NCBI RefSeq assembly: GCF_006345805.1
Contig: NW_021834085.1
Coordinates: 1-26,866 of the forward strand
DNA length: 26,866 bases
Reading direction: 5' to 3'
DNA from: Octopus sinensis
Taxonomy: Eukaryota
The notes beneath the pieces were generated by a model. The model worked only from the letters and a program-made list of their open reading frames with translations, was not told the DNA's origin and did not search any database. Each line of letters begins with the position of its first letter. The stretch's first letter is position 1. Shown here piece by piece: positions 11,641-22,472 of the stretch. The translations under genes and the position numbers were made by a program.

Positions 11641-12229
11641 AACAGTCCTGAGTTAAATCTCACCGCCATGTATAGACATACACACACCACATTTTAATGA
11701 CTGTTTTCTTTTTCTTTTCTTGATCCACTGCGTATAACAACACCAAAAACAACGATGACGACGAGAACAACAACAACAGCAACAACAACAACAATAATAA
11801 TAATAACAATAAAAATGATAATCCGAATATGTCGGCGAAACAATATCAAATTGATTCCTGGTGCAAAAGCGTAAGGACCAACTCGACGCTTGGGTTCACG
11901 GACAAAGTGTTATGCAACAGCTATTACAATACATTATTTCCTATAAAAACTGTCAACATTTAAACCACATCATTTTCTGGCCACGGCACATTGAAAGATA
12001 GTGAAGTAGGCGCTAATAAACGCATATAATGTGGCGAAGATGTTAAGTTAAATTAATCAAGATTTATATATATGGGAAATTGATAACGATTGCAGAATGC
12101 TTAAATCAACCGAACATAAGCAAAGGTGACAACCAAATATCACATTGGAAATGTGTGTGTGTGTGTGTGGTGTGTGTGTGTGTGTGTGTGGTTTATAGAA
12201 TCACAGTGTCAATTAACGTGTCGGTCAAA

Positions 12230-12395
12230 ATGTTAAGCTGTATCTCTGTCGGTTTTTTATATACTGAGTTCAAATCTCGCTGAGGTCAATTCATTTCTCG
12301 TTCCTTCGGGATCGATAAAATAAGTACCAGTGTAGTATTGAGGTCGAAGTAGTATCAATTTATTCCGCCCCATTCAAAATTGCCGATCTTGTGCC
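12230..12395 (+). mobile_element. Decayed tRNA-derived SINE (family of 17556-17765)
   Basis: ctgagttcaaatctcgctgaggtcaa...gatcgataaaataagtaccag...cttgtgcc aligns with the other copies. Confidence 0.7.
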
Positions 12396-12769
12396 CTGCC
12401 AAGCCCTCATCAATTTTTTAAAGTTCCACTTAGAAAGAGTTGAGAAAGAGGTACTAACACCCCTAGAATGTGTCAGAAGGTAGGGGGAGATGATTTAGGT
12501 GAATAGATCTACACAAAACGCGCGCTTGTAGAGTTGGATGAGGGCTTGTGCACTTAATGGTCAGGGTGGTCTTGGATTTGTGAGGTTCCTTGATTGGTCC
12601 CAGTCGGAGGTTCTGTATGAGGAGAATTGCATTATTCATGTGTCCTTAGGTTTTGTATATTATGAATACTTTTATCTCATTTCACCATCTTTTCCCTTTC
12701 TTTCCTTTCATCTAATTATAAACTGCCCTTGCAATGCCCCTCTAATTTGGAACTCATGCAGCTTATAAA

Positions 12770-13240
12770 AAAGCCTCATCTTTGTTTTCTACAGATTCCT
12801 GCTGTTGTTTCTTTCTTATAGGATTCTAGACTCAATCCATGGTGCTGAAGTGCACCTAAAGATGGGTGATTATTTAATGAAGTGCACCATTCTAAATATG
12901 TGGGCTGTTCCCAGGATGTGATCTTTTGGCGCTCGTGGGTGTTGATGTTATCAGGCAGTTTGTCAGGGTGAATTTGTCCAATCCTTTTACCCCCGGCTTC
13001 TTGAACACCATAAGCGATAGGTATTACTTCAGCGTCCATTGCTTACGTCTGCTTTATCTCTGTCTCTAAGTCTTTTTACTTTGATCATTTTTCCATGACT
13101 TTTGTAGATGTAATTCTCTCCGATGGTATTGCCATGTCTATTATTAGGCATTTCGTTTCCTTCCTATCCTCAATAATGATGTCCGGACGATTTTCTCTTA
13201 AATTATTGTTGAAGACATCGCACAGTATACAATACCGTGA
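12770..13240 (-). mobile_element. R4/Dong-type LINE 3' fragment (RLE domain)
   Basis: Minus frame RENRPDIIIEDRKETKCLIIDMAIPS...KDLETEI...AEVIPIAYG; boundaries approximate. Confidence 0.8.
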
Positions 13241-13321
13241 TGTTATAAATTGATGATGTGTATATCAGGGATTTTTGCTGTCTGTCAAGTCGCAACAAGG
13301 ACCTTAGATATTATTTTTATT

Positions 13322-13448
13322 GAATGAGAGAGCAATGCATGCTATCAAAGTGACACTGGGGTACAAATATAAGAAGCTCAATATACACATCATGGCTACC
13401 CATCTGATAAGGGTACACCAGACACATGCATCACAACCATATGAACAC
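13322..13448 (-). mobile_element. 3' terminal piece of the (AAT)n-associated repeat
   Basis: gaatgagagagcaatgcatgctatcaaagtgacactgggg matches the starts at 15798 and 17004. Confidence 0.85.
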
Positions 13449-13449
13449 A

Positions 13450-13495
13450 TTATTATGATTATTATTATGATTATTATTATTATTATTATTATTAC

Positions 13496-13538
<43 letters not shown>
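13450..13538. repeat. (ATT)n microsatellite
   Basis: Directly visible. Confidence 0.95.
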
Positions 13539-13539
<1 letters not shown>

Positions 13540-14290
13540 TATGTTTGAGTTTTGCTTTATATTTGTACAAGTTGGCTCCAAGTCTCACCCAGAGACCTCA
13601 AGAGACAACAGGTTGGAAGTTCATGTTGTTGTTATGCCTAGTGTGCCATATATTGGGGGGGGGGAGTTTTTGGTGTTGTACTAATGAATGTCTAAAAAAA
13701 ATATTATTATTATTATTATTATTATTATTGTTGTTGTTGTTTTGTTGTTGTTGCTGTTATTATTATTATTATTTTCCAATTGATTTGCATTTTATTTCAT
13801 CTTCCGTATATATTAGATGGAGTGAAACTTCCTGAGGTCAACATAGTCTTTTGAGTCTAATTCCCAGGGCACCTACAACAACAGGGATGGTTTTGGTTTC
13901 TAATTGCCACATCCTAGATCTCAGTCTCAATCTCAAAGTCCTTATATATCGACAGTTTTTCAAATTCCTTTGCTGAGATGACTCTCACAGTAGACACTGT
14001 CATATCAATTAACTGGTATGTTTTCCTTTGTTTTTTTTTTGGGGGGGGGGTCTTCAGTGACGATGTCTGGTCTATGACCATTTATTTTCCTGTTTGTGGT
14101 CGTTTTTTTAGGATGTTTCAAACTGGATTAGGCCTCTGCTGCATTTCTTTCGCATGATTATTATTATCAGTATTTCTGTTTATCACAGATTTTGTTGGAT
14201 CTCCTGGAGTCCTGCATGCGTAGCGGGTCTACTATCAGCAGCCTACGGTACAATACTATCCGTTCTTTTCAGCTCTCTAATGCTTTCCTG
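13539..14290 (-). mobile_element. R4/Dong-type LINE 3' fragment (RLE plus probable 3' UTR), interrupted by (ATT/GTT)n at ~13702-13772
   Basis: Minus frame TNRKINGHRPDIVTED...KEFEKLSIYKD...RMWQLETKTIPVVVGALG; ends in an (AAT)n tract. Confidence 0.75.
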
Positions 14291-14354
14291 ATTATTCTAG
14301 CCTTGCCAAGGAGGTAAATCTTTTGTAACAGTTCTATTATTACTATCATTGTCT

Positions 14355-14510
14355 TTAAGTTCTGAGTTCAAATTCCGCCGAGATCGACTTTGTCTTTCAT
14401 CCTTTCGAGGTCGATAAATTAAGTACCAGTTGCGTACTGGGGTCGATCTAGTCGACTGTCCTCCTCCCCCAAAATTTCGGGGATTGTGCCTAGAGTAGAA
14501 AAGATTATCA
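14355..14510 (+). mobile_element. 5'-truncated tRNA-derived SINE
   Basis: gttctgagttcaaattccgccgagatcgactttgtctttcatcc...gtgcctagagtagaaaaga aligns with 18738-18950. Confidence 0.85.
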
Positions 14511-15763
14511 TTATTTGTCCGGATGGAATGCACGTGTTTGTTCGCTCGTAAGTTTTTGCTCTAAATTTTCGTCTCCAAAAGTTGTTAATTACATATTTTG
14601 TTTCTAAACGTTTAACCAAAACACTACTCTTGCATGGGTTGACTGTTTTGGGTTGTCAGTGCCCCTTTGGGAGCTGTAATCTCAAAATAATTTTTTTAGA
14701 ATTAATTTAAAAAAAAACAAACATGGCGAAGCCAGGCTTGTTGAAAGACATAGAAGAGAAGGTGAGATGTGCTTCACATAGAGAGGTGCAAGATGCCGTA
14801 GTGTCCTCCGCATACTACCCATAAATAGAAGGGGAGTCAAGCACACAGCAGGTTCAAATTCACGCGCAAAAATTGCCAAGTCGTCAATCAAAAATAATAG
14901 TAGCAACAAATTCAGCGACGTAAGAAGCAACAAAACTGAATTCCCTCCAGTCCAATGGAATATTCCATCACAAATGACAGCTCATAGCAGCAGAAGCACA
15001 ACTACAACCGACTCCGCCACTACCATTTATACAACTAATAAACTAAAGACAGCACACAGTATCACGACAACAAGCGGCTCCACCACCGCCACCACAACAA
15101 CGAATAACATCGTAATAAATGGTAAAAGTTTATTCGCTGTAACGGCGGCCAAGGGCAAGGAATTTTTTTTTTGCATAGATCTGCTCCAGAAAGGCATGTG
15201 TCTAGCTGAGGTAGCTAAATTAATAAGGCTTGAGAAAACGCGAGCGGATATTGCTATCCCACCGCGATCTTAGAGGAAACATAGAAGAAAACTGGGATAT
15301 TTTCCCTTTCAACGGAAGATCGAGAAATTAAGTTTTTGTAACTAAACACTTTCAAACTTCGGACACTGGTAGAATGTGTCATTTAAAACATCTTTTACTC
15401 TGAGTGTCGTTGAGAAAAGTTTATATTTTCAAAGTTATTTCGTGTTACAGTTGTTGTATTTCGGTAATTTCACCCAGTGAGTGCATGTGACGAGGATGGC
15501 CCATGCGAATGGGTCTATTCTTTCGAGGAGAAGGAGAGGCACCTGCTGAGGTGCATCTGACGGTCGGGATAACCAGAATGTGTGGGGTTCCTCAGTTGTC
15601 CCTGTGAGGAACTCTCCCCTTTTGGAGAATTTTATTGTTCAGTTGTATTGTTAATTGTCATTGTTATTTTATTTATTCGATTTTTGTGTTAAACTCCTTG
15701 TGTCCCCAGTTTTGTATTGTCCCTATTTGTTTTGTGTTCGGTCCTTGTGACCGATAAGGAAAC

Positions 15764-15765
<2 letters not shown>

Positions 15766-15797
<32 letters not shown>
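15766..15797. repeat. (ATT)n tract at the 3' end of the adjacent repeat
   Basis: Directly visible. Confidence 0.9.
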
Positions 15798-16130
15798 GAG
15801 TGAGAGAGTAGAGCATGCCATCAAAGTGACACTGGAGTAAAATATGCGAAGCCCAATATATCCATCATGAGTACATCAAGCACATGCATCACAATCATAT
15901 GTGCGCCGCATGGTGATCTCATAACAAGATAAACAGCGTATGACCTCGCAGGTGGGGCCAGTTAGAATTTTCTTCAAATCGAGTAGCCCATCCTGCTCAA
16001 AAGGTCATTTAATAAGAGTTGTTTAAGCATGTTGAATGAAACAACCATGTTTCCAGAGGTGACTTATCCAAACCCTAATTGAACTCCACTCAATACATGG
16101 CTATGATGCTACCCAACTACTTCTGCTCGT
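15798..16130 (-). mobile_element. (AAT)n-associated repeat, 3' part, fused directly to the R4 ORF
   Basis: Aligns with 17004-17353; homology stops at ...ttctgctcgt (16130). Confidence 0.85.
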
Positions 16131-16980
16131 CATTTTGCCAATTTCTATTTCAACATCTTTATACTTGCTCAGTTTTTGGTAGGCCTTGACAGATACATTT
16201 ATGTCGATTAGGACAATCATATCGATAAAGAGGCATGATTTTTGCCTGAAGTCCTTCAATATAATGTCTGGCCCATTCGCATCTGTCTTTCTGTCAATTT
16301 GAACGGTGAAGATCCAGAGGAGTGAGATGTGGTCATTTTCAAGCACTGGAGGTGGTTTGTGTTCCCATCAGTTTTTATCATGGTGCAGGTCCAAGTTTTT
16401 GCAAATTACCCAGTGAATATACTGTGCCGCTCTATCATGCCTGTTGAGATACTCTGTAGGCGCAAGAAGATTGCACATGGAGACAACATGATCGATGGTT
16501 TCATTTTGTTGTTTACATGCACGACATGTTGGTCTACTGCCGTTCTTTAATATGTTGGCCTGGTAGTTTCTTTAGGTAGGCATTGATCTTGGGCTGCTAT
16601 GATAAACCCTTCCGTTTCTGATTTTATGCCAGAAGCCACTAACCCTTGATTGGTAAGGGCTTTGTCAACATCGGCACTAGTAGCTCTCTTTGGGCATTTG
16701 CCATTGAGAGGTTTTTCTTGCCATTATCTAAGACAGCAGTTTTAACATTTCTATGTTAGATTTTGAGTGGTGCATCCTAAATTCTGTCATTTTTTCTTGT
16801 TTTCCTGTCTAGTTTGGTTAGTTCATTTAGAGACCAGTTAAGAATATAGTAACTGTAACTTATAACTGGTACAGCTAATGTGTTGATACCTATTGTTCCG
16901 TTTTTCGCATTGAGCTCTGTTCTAAGTGCTAATCTAACTTGTCTATAGTATTCCTTACTTGTCTTCTCTTTCATTTGTTG
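16131..16980 (-). mobile_element. R4/Dong-type LINE ORF remnant (RT thumb, CCHC zinc knuckle, RLE)
   Basis: KEYYRQVRLALRTELNAKN..GINTLAVPVISYS...LDRKTRK; WQEKPLNGK...IKSETEGFIIAAQDQ; CRACKQQNETIDHVVSMC...RHDRAAQYIHW; ENDHISLLWIF...GPDIILKD...CLFID...KLSKYKDVEIEIGKM. Confidence 0.92.
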
Positions 16981-17003
16981 TTGTTGTTATTATTATTATT
17001 ATT

Positions 17004-17481
17004 GAGTGAGAGAGCAGTTCATGCCATCAAAGTGACACTGGGGTAAAATATACGAAGCCCAATATACCCATCATGACTACCCGTCTGATAAAGGTACACC
17101 AGGCACATGCATCACAACCATATGTGCGCGACATGGTGATCTCATATCAAGATAAACAGCACATGACCTTGCAGGTGGGGCCCAGTTAGAATTTTCTTCA
17201 GGTTGAGTAGCCCATCCCGCTCAAACGGTCCCTGAATAAAGGTTGTTTAAGGATGTTGAAAGAACCACCCATGTTTCCAGAGGTGAACTATTCAAACCCC
17301 AAAGAATCCCTCTCAACACATGGCTATGATGCTCCCCCACTACTTCTGCTCGTGATCAGAGATGCACATATCGTCAGCCACTAAGGGACATGCTCAATTG
17401 GTTAAGGTCAAACAACTGACAAACAAATCTGTGGTATTGAGCAGAATATTTGCTGTAGCCCATCTTTTATACCAAGACAAA
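17004..17481 (-). mobile_element. (AAT)n-associated repeat embedded in (ATT)n
   Basis: One of four related copies in the window; (ATT)n on both sides (16976-17003, 17482-17545). Confidence 0.85.
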
Positions 17482-17546
<65 letters not shown>

Positions 17547-17555
17547 GTTAAGACG

Positions 17556-17765
17556 GCGAGCTGGCAGAATCGTTAGCACGCCGAACGAAATGCTTATCGG
17601 TATTTCGTCTGCCGCTACGATGTGGGTTCAAATTTCGCCGAGGTCGACTTTGCCTTTCATCCTTTCGTGGTCGATTAAATAAGTACCAGTTACGCACTGG
17701 GATCGATGTAATCAACTGTTAATCCCTTCCCCAAATTTGAGTCCTTGTGCTTCCAGTAGAAAGAA
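17556..17765 (+). mobile_element. tRNA-derived SINE, full length
   Basis: Head ggcgagctggcagaatcgttag (A-box-like) and ggttcaaattt (B-box-like); aligns with several other copies in the window. Confidence 0.85.
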
Positions 17766-17785
17766 TTATTATTATCATTATCATT

Positions 17786-17859
<74 letters not shown>

Positions 17860-17872
17860 TATCATCATTATT

Positions 17873-17907
<35 letters not shown>

Positions 17908-17930
17908 TATCATTATTATTATTATTATTA

Positions 17931-18027
<97 letters not shown>

Positions 18028-18056
18028 CATTATTATTATTATTATTATTATTATTA
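17765..18056. repeat. Long (ATT/ATC)n microsatellite (~290 nt)
   Basis: Directly visible. Confidence 0.97.
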
Positions 18057-18509
18057 GTGTTGTCATTTGACAACACTACGATAGGACTGGATTGGCAGAA
18101 TCGGTAGAGCGCCGACATCAAAGCACTGCCTTTGATTGAAGTAACGAAACCAAATATATTCTTGAAATTTGATACCTCTTCAATTAATCTGCCATAGTGT
18201 TTTTGGATCTATTCCCATTTCCATATTCTACATAGAATTACTGGACGCTTAATAACCAACCGTCACATCAATCAAACTTGGCTTCACAGAATAAAATTTA
18301 AAAATGTATAACGAAAATCAAAAAGAATATGTTTGCTTTTTTTTAAAACTGCTATCGCCAAAAATCACATCTCTAGAATTTTCTGAAAATAAAGAAAGAA
18401 AAATTAAAAATCAAGTTATTTGAAGGGAAAAAAAATTTATTCTAAATGTGGTTGTATTACCAATACAGCCTTTATATTCTTTCCTTGTTTATTTGTTTTC
18501 GGTTAGTTG

Positions 18510-18720
18510 TCATTCATTATCATCATCATCCTGCTCATCATCAATTCTATTGTCATCATTGCATCATCGTCATCGTTGTCATCACCGTCATCATCATCAT
18601 CATCATCATCATTACCATCATCGTCATCATGACCGTTGTCGTCGTCGTCGTCATCATCATCATCATCATCGCCAACAACAACACCAACGCGACCATCATC
18701 ATAATTATCACTACTACTGC
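18510..18720. repeat. (CAT/CGT)n low-complexity tract
   Basis: Directly visible. Confidence 0.9.
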
Positions 18721-18737
18721 TAATACCTTTGTGTTGA

Positions 18738-18950
18738 GGCGACGAAGTGGCAGAAACGTTAGCACGCCGGACGAAATGCTCAGCGGTATTTCGTCTGTCT
18801 TTACGTTGTGAGTTCAAATTCCGCCGAGGTCGACTTTGTCTTTCATCCTTTCGGGTCGATAAATTAAGTACCTGTTACATACTGGGATCGATCTAATCGA
18901 CTGGCCCCCTTCCCCAGAATTTTGGGCCTTGTGCCTAGAGTAGAAAAGAA
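18738..18950 (+). mobile_element. tRNA-derived SINE copy A
   Basis: A-box-like gtggcagaaacg, B-box-like gagttcaaattcc; full body to gtgcctagagtagaaaag. Confidence 0.88.
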
Positions 18951-18965
18951 AGAATAGAATAATCG

Positions 18966-19166
18966 TTTCTACACAAGGCACAAAAGCCTGAAATTTTTGG
19001 GGGAGGGGGCCCAGTCGATTAGATCGACCCCAGTATGCAACTGATACTGAATTAATCGACCCCGAAAGGATGAAAACCAAAGTTGACTGCAGCGGAATTT
19101 GAACTCGCAACGGAAAGACAGACGAAATGCCGCTAAGCATTTCGCCCGGCTCGCTAACGCTTCTGC
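18966..19166 (-). mobile_element. tRNA-derived SINE copy B (inverted relative to A)
   Basis: Reverse complement aligns with copy A over ~200 nt. Confidence 0.88.
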
Positions 19167-19294
19167 TTTATGGAAGCGCCTATTAATGCTTATGTTGTTA
19201 ATGATCGCTTAGCTTAATGGTACAGAGCGCGTCATTTGAGTTTCAGGCGTACCGGTTTCGATTTTCTGTAGTGGCTTCCATATCCACTATTAAA

Positions 19295-19488
19295 GGCGGC
19301 GAGCTCGCAGAATCGTTTGCGCGCCGGGTAAAATGCTTAGCGGCATTTCGTCCGTCTTTACATTCTGAGTTCAAACGCAGTCAAGATCGACTTTGCCTTT
19401 CATCGTTTCAGGGTTGATAAAATATGTAAGTTGTAATCGACTTACCCTCTCACCCGAACTTGCTGGCCTTGTGCCAAAATTTGAAACC
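19295..19488 (+). mobile_element. tRNA-derived SINE copy C
   Basis: ggcggcgagctcgcagaatcg...ctgagttcaaacgc...ggccttgtgcc. Confidence 0.82.
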
Positions 19489-19699
19489 GGTATTCATAGT
19501 AATGTTGCTGATCGCCCGTCACCGCCAAATAGCACACAAACAATCAATGATATCTGTTACTAGCTGAGCTGCCAGGACCCAAAATGTTGGCGATGTTACA
19601 AAAGGTAAAATCCAAAAAGAAAAACAGCAAAGACTGGGTGGAAGTAGGGATTACAGTAAGTAAAAAACAAAAAAAAAATTATATCAGCCGACCAATAAT

Positions 19700-19772
19700 G
19701 ACCTCGGCGGAACTCGAACTCAAGTTACTAAGCAGTTTGCCGGACTCGCTAACGTTTCTGCCAGCTTGCCGG
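19700..19772 (-). mobile_element. SINE head fragment, internally deleted
   Basis: gacctcggcggaactcgaactc...gctaacgtttctgccagcttgcc is the reverse complement of the family head. Confidence 0.65.
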
Positions 19773-19819
19773 CTTTGGTAATTCTTTCTAATGATGGCGT
19801 CATGCCGGTAATTTTGAAA

Positions 19820-19993
19820 GAAAGGAAAGTCGATTACATCGACCCCAGTGCTCAACTGGTACTTATTTAATCGATCCCGAAAGAATGAAACGCGGAATTT
19901 CATCGCGGAATTTGAACTCAAAATGCAAATAGCGTGAAAAAATACCGCAAAGTATTTTGTCCGGTGTGCTAACGGTCCTACCAACTTGCCGCT
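19820..19993 (-). mobile_element. tRNA-derived SINE copy D
   Basis: gtcgattacatcgaccccagtgctcaactggtacttatttaatcgatcccgaaag...gcggaatttgaactc...gctaacg is the reverse complement of the family. Confidence 0.8.
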
Positions 19994-20474
19994 TTCGGAC
20001 ACATTATTAGTAATAAACAACAATATAGAACAACAAAACATGAATAAGAAAGGACCCTCCAAAATGGTGGTGTGGGGAGAGTTTAGCAACGACGAAGAGT
20101 AATTCGAGGATCCCCACATACAACCCCCAGTTTACTTTGATACAGCAAAGGAAAGTGCTTTTTCTTAAGTTATAGTAAGCTTTGTGAAAAGCTTAGCCGT
20201 CAATTGCGATCTAAAAGCTTGTACTATGATTTCGCTAATAGTAGTAGGTGGCAGTGTAGTCGCGAGCAGACGAAAATACTTTCTTGGCTTTTCCATTTTT
20301 GAACTTGTGGAACTAAAATAAATGTGATAATTGGAAGAAGAGAGGGCAGCACCAGGAGCTAGGATGGCGCTCATTTACAGTCGAATAAATTGGAGCAAAG
20401 TGAAAGAAGGCACCTTGCTGAATGACACAAAGCAAAACCCAGTCTAGAAATCATTTTTCGCTCATTTTATACAG

Positions 20475-20621
20475 GTTCGGTTACTGAGGACTCCAGCATG
20501 GTCAGGCCTGTTGTGCGTTTGTCCACAACAGGCAAAAACAGCATCTGAAGCGCTGCCAAATCAAGGACTTTTGGAAATTGTCCATAACTCTCGAACTAAA
20601 AGTCTTCCAGAAGCGATTAGG
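20475..20621 (+). CDS. Candidate internal exon (147 nt, phase 0-0), product unknown
   Basis: Acceptor tttttcgctcattttatacag|G, donor AGG|gtaagg, open frame VRLLRTPAWSGLLCVCPQQAKTASEALPNQGLLEIVHNSRTKSLPEAIR; lies in non-repetitive sequence; no homology recognised. Confidence 0.3.
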
Positions 20622-20828
20622 GTAAGGATTGCCCGCGTCGCGCCCACAATCGTTTTTCATTTTTTCAGACCAGCCTCCACTCACTCTCGACAGAGTGCAA
20701 GTGAGAGACGGAGGAGGATAGGCTTCCCCCACCTCCGACTACAATGTTTGGCTTTTGTTGTAGAGTGCAGTTAACGCTTGGCAACATTTCAGATGCCAAA
20801 CGCCTAGACTCGGTCTGCGCTTGACCCA

Positions 20829-20829
<1 letters not shown>

Positions 20830-20875
<46 letters not shown>

Positions 20876-20885
20876 TAACAATAAT
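20830..20885. repeat. (AAT)n microsatellite
   Basis: Directly visible. Confidence 0.95.
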
Positions 20886-21585
20886 AGTCTGATCTCGGCC
20901 CTCATGATTTATTACCTTTTCTTTATACGTGTACATACAGATATATATTTAAATGGCCGTTTGTAATGTTCTTTTTTTCTGTTCATGACTTTTTTCTTTT
21001 TTTTTTTTTGGTTTTTCTCTTTATTCGATTTTGTTTTTGCTTTTGTCTTCGTTTGATTTTGTTTTCTTTTCTGGTCAATAAAAGTTATTTCTAGAATTTT
21101 CTGAAATCTTTCGATTGAAATGAAAATTATTGGAAAAGAAAGCGAAACAAAACAAAACAAAAAAAGCAGCGTAAATAAATACAGAAAAGCAATCAAAACA
21201 ACCAATATTGACAAGTGATAATAATAGATTTGTTTATTTGTTTGCTGTTGTTGTTTAATAACAGGTCAGTCACTCATTAAAACACACCTCTGGTCAAAAA
21301 CATTCCAACCGTGACCACGTCACTATATTATTTTCAGACTCAGTGTATCCGACAGTTTATTTTTTTTTGTAAGACGAGCTGGTGTGATATGATAGGAATT
21401 ACGCTGCTATTTCTAGCATTTCGAGAAACCATATATAAGGTACTAGTAGAGTATCGCTGTTTATAATCAAAAACGTGGAATCCAATAACAGTTCTAAAAC
21501 ATAAACCAAACTTGCTTAGATACATCCCTTCCGGAACTAAACACCCCTACTCTACCCCAGATTAATTTGGTCTTTAAAAAATATA

Positions 21586-21754
21586 GGCACAGGCAATAGC
21601 TGCGAGGTCAACAAATTCTCTTCCAAAACACGTGGTTTTGGTTTCCAATCCTACTGCGTGGTATCTTAGTCAAGTCTTTTTTTTTTACTTTAGCCTTGGA
21701 TCGGTCAATGCCGTGCGAGTGAATTTGCCAGACGTAAACTGTATGGAAGCCGTC
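21586..21754 (+). mobile_element. Decayed tRNA-derived SINE (family of 4140-4552)
   Basis: ggcacaggcaatagctgcgaggtc...cactgc/ctactgc...tagccttggatcggtcaatgcc...gacgtaaactgtatggaagccgtc aligns with the reverse complement of 4400-4552. Confidence 0.65.
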
Positions 21755-21899
21755 CTCTCTTTCTCTACGCGGAGTAGATGAAACAAGGACAACTGAAGAA
21801 GGGGAACACTCTTTATGTTGCATGTCTCGTTTCTCTGTTAGGTTTTTTCGTTGTTCGAAAAAAAAGTTCGTTTCTGCTTTTTTGTTGTCTTGTACCCAC

Positions 21900-22064
21900 A
21901 CATGCATATATATATATATACATATATATGTGGGTATGTATATATATGTATGTATATATGCATATATTTGTATATTATTTATGTTATATAATATATATAT
22001 ATATATGTATTTATATATATATATAAATATATAGATATATATGTATATGTATATGTATGTATAT

Positions 22065-22128
<64 letters not shown>
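21900..22128. repeat. (TA)n-rich microsatellite field
   Basis: Directly visible. Confidence 0.92.
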
Positions 22129-22129
<1 letters not shown>

Positions 22130-22433
22130 CCTTTAATTTTGATTACGGGACACGTTTGAATATGCAAATAAAAGCTCACGTTCTATTATAACAGCTACAG
22201 TCTAACGATGGCAACTGGTTATACCAGCATTGGTGGGGTTGCACCGAGCTGCACCGATATAGTGTAGGATAAATATAGTAATAACATGATCTAACCAATG
22301 TCCATGGACACTACGGACTGCGTTGTAATCATCACAGGAATACGGACTATGATCTTAAAAAACATGGAATCTGTGGAAACGCGCGTAGCGATGCATTAAA
22401 ATGTTTATAAATTCTACCTAAGGATTATTATTG

Positions 22434-22472
<39 letters not shown>

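Noticed and set aside
10161-11656. Long His-, Ile/Tyr- and Cys/Val-rich ORFs
   Set aside because: Artefacts of CAT, TA and TG simple repeats
15300-15765. Two repeat-looking segments (possible DNA-transposon end at 15300-15475; possible L1/Tx1 3' end at 15480-15765)
   Set aside because: No second copy, terminal inverted repeat pair or clear protein motif within the window; needs a repeat-library search
17690-18121. Poly-Asn/Ile/Tyr ORFs
   Set aside because: Translation of the (ATT/ATC)n microsatellite
20502-20732. Minus ORF with NPYPNRF...FRCCFC, superficially like a GPCR TM7/helix 8
   Set aside because: No true NPxxY motif, no hydrophobic helix; splice signals here favour the plus strand
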